Shown piece after piece: positions 61,562 to 64,000 of a stretch of DNA of 64,000 bases (its first letter is position 1; the number at the start of each line of letters is the position of its first letter). Under the pieces are notes generated by a model, which had not been told where the DNA came from, did no database searches, and saw only the letters and a program-made list of their open reading frames with translations. The DNA is from Gammaproteobacteria bacterium (GTDB lineage: Bacteria; Pseudomonadota; Gammaproteobacteria; Competibacterales; Competibacteraceae): NCBI GenBank assembly GCA_046347515.1, contig JAXMFZ010000007.1, positions 49,859-113,858 on the forward strand, written 5' to 3'. The position numbers were made by a program, and so were the translations under genes.

Positions 61562-61780
61562 TGTGACCTCATTGTGAGCAAGAGAATGGCCCATCCACTG
61601 TCATCTCGGACAGGGATCAGCCAACGGCTGGGATCGGGGTCATGTCGCGCTCACCCTTGCCAATGCGGATGGCCCGATGACACCGATACTCGCTATTACA
61701 CTATGCACGTCGAATGGCGGATTGGGCAGTAAATAATTACCTGCGGATTGCCGGCCTCTCGCGGCGATGACGTGAATACC

Positions 61781-62494
61781 ATGGCAGATCATTCGGTTGT
61801 CTTCCAAGCCTGTGGCCTTACCAAAGTTTACGAACTCGGTGAAGTGCGGGTAGAGGCGCTGCGCGGCGTGGACCTGGAATTCTACGCGGGGGAATTCGCG
61901 GTGTTACTGGGCGCTTCGGGCAGCGGCAAATCGACGCTCCTCAATATCCTCGGTGGCCTGGATACCGCCAGCTCGGGCCAAGTGCTTTATCAAGGTCGTG
62001 ATTTGACCAAAATCGGCGAGCGAGAACTCACCAATTATCGGCGGTTTCATGTGGGATTCGTATTCCAATTCTATAATCTGATACCCAGCTTGACCGCGCG
62101 TGAGAATGTCGCCATCGTCACGGAAATCGCCGACCATCCGATGCAGCCGGAAGACGCTTTGCGCCTGGTGGGTTTGAGTGACCGGCTGGATCATTTCCCC
62201 GCCCAACTCTCCGGCGGCCAGCAGCAGCGGGTCGCCATCGCCCGCGCCATCGCCAAGAATCCCGCCGTGTTGCTGTGCGACGAACCGACCGGCGCGTTGG
62301 ACTCCGCGACCGGGGTGTTGGTGCTGGAGGCGCTGGAGCGCGCCAACGGTGAACTCGGCACCACCACCGTGGTGATCACCCACAACGCGGTGATCGCCGA
62401 GATGGCCGACCGCGTAATCCATCTGAGCGACGGCGCGATCAGCCGGGTGGAAACCAATACCCAGAAACGGCCGCCGCGGGAACTGCGCTGGTGA
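61781..62494 (+). CDS. ABC transporter ATP-binding protein (MacB/LolD/FtsE-like)
   Basis: Walker A (GASGSGKST), ABC signature (LSGGQQQRV) and Walker B ([11 protein letters not shown]). Confidence 0.8.
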   Translation: MADHSVVFQACGLTKVYELGEVRVEALRGVDLEFYAGEFAVLLGASGSGKSTLLNILGGLDTASSGQVLYQGRDLTKIGERELTNYRRFHVGFVFQFYNLIPSLTARENVAIVTEIADHPMQPEDALRLVGLSDRLDHFPAQLSGGQQQRVAIARAIAKNPAVLLCDEPTGALDSATGVLVLEALERANGELGTTTVVITHNAVIAEMADRVIHLSDGAISRVETNTQKRPPRELRW

Positions 62495-64000
62495 GGGCGC
62501 TCGATCGCAAACTGCTGCGTGATTTGTTGGGCTTGTGGGGTCAGGCGCTGGCCATCGCGCTGGTCATCGCCAGCGGCGTCGCCACTTTCGTGATGTCGAT
62601 CAGCACCGTGGACGCGCTGCGCTCGACCCAGGCGGCGTTTTATCGAGATTATCGCTTCGCCGATGCGTTTGCCTCCTTGAAGCGTGCGCCCGCGAGCCTC
62701 GAACGGCGCATCCGCGAGATTCCGGGCATCGACCAGGTGGAGACGCGCGTGGCCGCGGCCGTCACCCTCGATATCCCCGATTTTCCCGATCTGATCAGTG
62801 GGCGCTTGCTGTCCATTTCCCGACCACCCGGCCAGCCCCAGCTCAACCAACTCTATCTGCGCCAAGGACGATTGGTAGAGCCGGGGCGCGACGACGAGGT
62901 CGTGGTGAGCGAGGCGTTCGCCGAGGCCCACGGTCTGGCGCCCGGCACGCAGTTGCGCGCCATCATCAACGGCCATCGCAAAATACTGACCATCGTCGGC
63001 ACCGCGCTGTCGCCAGAATACATTTATCAAATCCAACCCGGGGCCTTGTTTCCCGACTTCAAACGCTATGCGATTTTGTGGATGGGGCGCAGCCCGCTCG
63101 CCACGGCTTATGACCTGGAGGGCGCTTTCAATGATGTGACCTTGACGCTGTTTCCCGGGGCGCAACGCGCGGCGGTGCTCGAACGCCTGGATGATCTGCT
63201 GGCGCCTTATGGTGTCGGCGGCGCTTATCTGCGCGCCGACCAGCTTTCGCATCGCTACCTCGATTCGGAATTACAGCAACTGGCGCAGATGGCGGCGCTG
63301 TTTCCGACGATTTTTTTGAGCGTTGCGGCGTTTTTGCTGAACGTGGTGGTAAGCCGCTTGCTCGGCCTACAGCGCGAACCGATCGCCATGCTCAAAGCCT
63401 TCGGCTATCGGCAATGGGAAATCGCTTGGCATTACCTCAAGCTGATCTTCGCCATCGTGCTGATCGGTGTGCTGATCGGCCTCGTCGGCGGCGTTTGGTT
63501 GGGGCGCGGCCTCGGTTCGATTTATCAGGATTTCTTCCGCTTCCCGTTCTTGCATTTCCACTTGTCGCCAGCCACCGCGCTGAGCGCGGCTTTGATCAGC
63601 GTGGCCGCGGCCGCGCTCGGCACTCTGCGCGCGGTACGCCGCGCGGCGCGGTTGCCGCCGGCGGAGGCCATGCGTCCGGAAGCGCCGGCGCGCTATCGGG
63701 AAACCTGGGCAGAGCGCCTAGGCCTGAAGCGCTTTCTGTCGCAACCAGCGCGCATGATTTTGCGCAACCTCCAGCGCCGACCCGGCAAGGCATTGCTATC
63801 CATCCTCGGCATCGCGTTTGCCTGCGCCATTCTGTTGACCGGCTCGTTTCAGGAAGACGCGGTGGATTACATGCTGAGCGTGCAGTTCGGGCTCGCCCAG
63901 CGCGAGGACATGAGCATCGCGTTCGCAGAGCCCACGGCGCGCCGCGCATTCTACGATTTGAGCCGACTGGAGGGGGTGCGTTATGGCGAGCCGTTCCGCG
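62491..64000 (+). CDS. ABC transporter permease, FtsX/MacB family with large N-terminal periplasmic domain (5' part; continues beyond window)
   Basis: GTG start overlaps the ATPase stop. The ORF has an N-terminal TM segment, a long extracytoplasmic domain, FtsX-like TM helices and then a second periplasmic domain beginning. Confidence 0.7.
   Translation, partial: MRALDRKLLRDLLGLWGQALAIALVIASGVATFVMSISTVDALRSTQAAFYRDYRFADAFASLKRAPASLERRIREIPGIDQVETRVAAAVTLDIPDFPDLISGRLLSISRPPGQPQLNQLYLRQGRLVEPGRDDEVVVSEAFAEAHGLAPGTQLRAIINGHRKILTIVGTALSPEYIYQIQPGALFPDFKRYAILWMGRSPLATAYDLEGAFNDVTLTLFPGAQRAAVLERLDDLLAPYGVGGAYLRADQLSHRYLDSELQQLAQMAALFPTIFLSVAAFLLNVVVSRLLGLQREPIAMLKAFGYRQWEIAWHYLKLIFAIVLIGVLIGLVGGVWLGRGLGSIYQDFFRFPFLHFHLSPATALSAALISVAAAALGTLRAVRRAARLPPAEAMRPEAPARYRETWAERLGLKRFLSQPARMILRNLQRRPGKALLSILGIAFACAILLTGSFQEDAVDYMLSVQFGLAQREDMSIAFAEPTARRAFYDLSRLEGVRYGEPFR

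Overview
This is a 64 kb chromosomal window from a high-GC (about 65%) proteobacterium with dense coding on both strands. The Bug-family TctC and the overall gene content suggest a beta- or gammaproteobacterium; that call is weak inference. No integrase, transposase, IS element or CRISPR array was seen. In order, the window contains: a leucine/isovalerate catabolism cluster (liuC partial, liuB, a thiolase, liuA) and pgi; an ABC-2 exporter pair; a sulfonate-type ABC operon whose permease and ATPase carry several frameshifts; moeB-moaA preceded by a DUF1244 gene; a PilZ c-di-GMP receptor; a short AT-rich intergenic segment followed by a terminator hairpin; a two-gene lipid operon (Cfa-like SAM methyltransferase plus a 954-aa ACP / fatty acyl-AMP ligase / lysophospholipid acyltransferase fusion); a Hanks-type Ser/Thr kinase beside a secreted TPR protein; hemB and a frameshifted aroE; a large REC-REC-GGDEF-EAL protein; a CvpA-retropepsin fusion protein; asnS; a YbgC-type thioesterase; YbaK; cysE; a polysaccharide deacetylase; an AhpD-like CMD protein; cobS-cobT without cobN; a candidate small-RNA locus with its own promoter and a strong terminator; a tRNA-Met(CAU) gene; a module of SPFH, periplasmic YHS, a secreted unknown protein and an anchored glutaredoxin; a split UxaA-family dehydratase with an amidohydrolase; a GreA-like factor; a complete sulfate assimilation supercluster (cysA-W-T, sbp, cobA, cysN, cysD, cysH, DUF934, cysI); tctCBA; a CPA-type antiporter; a vapBC toxin-antitoxin pair; a sugar-utilisation locus (ribokinase-like kinase, RbsB/RbsC-like ABC, PHP phosphotriesterase-family protein) with multiple frameshifts; sodC; and the start of a MacB/FtsX-type ABC exporter. 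The candidates most worth follow-up are the lipid-remodelling operon at 13706-17851, the AT-rich segment with terminator at 13409-13705, the candidate sRNA at 34490-34800, the CvpA-retropepsin fusion, and the clusters of frameshifted genes. Whether the frameshifts are real pseudogenes or assembly indels cannot be decided from sequence alone. Nothing in the window matches a known phage-defence architecture.
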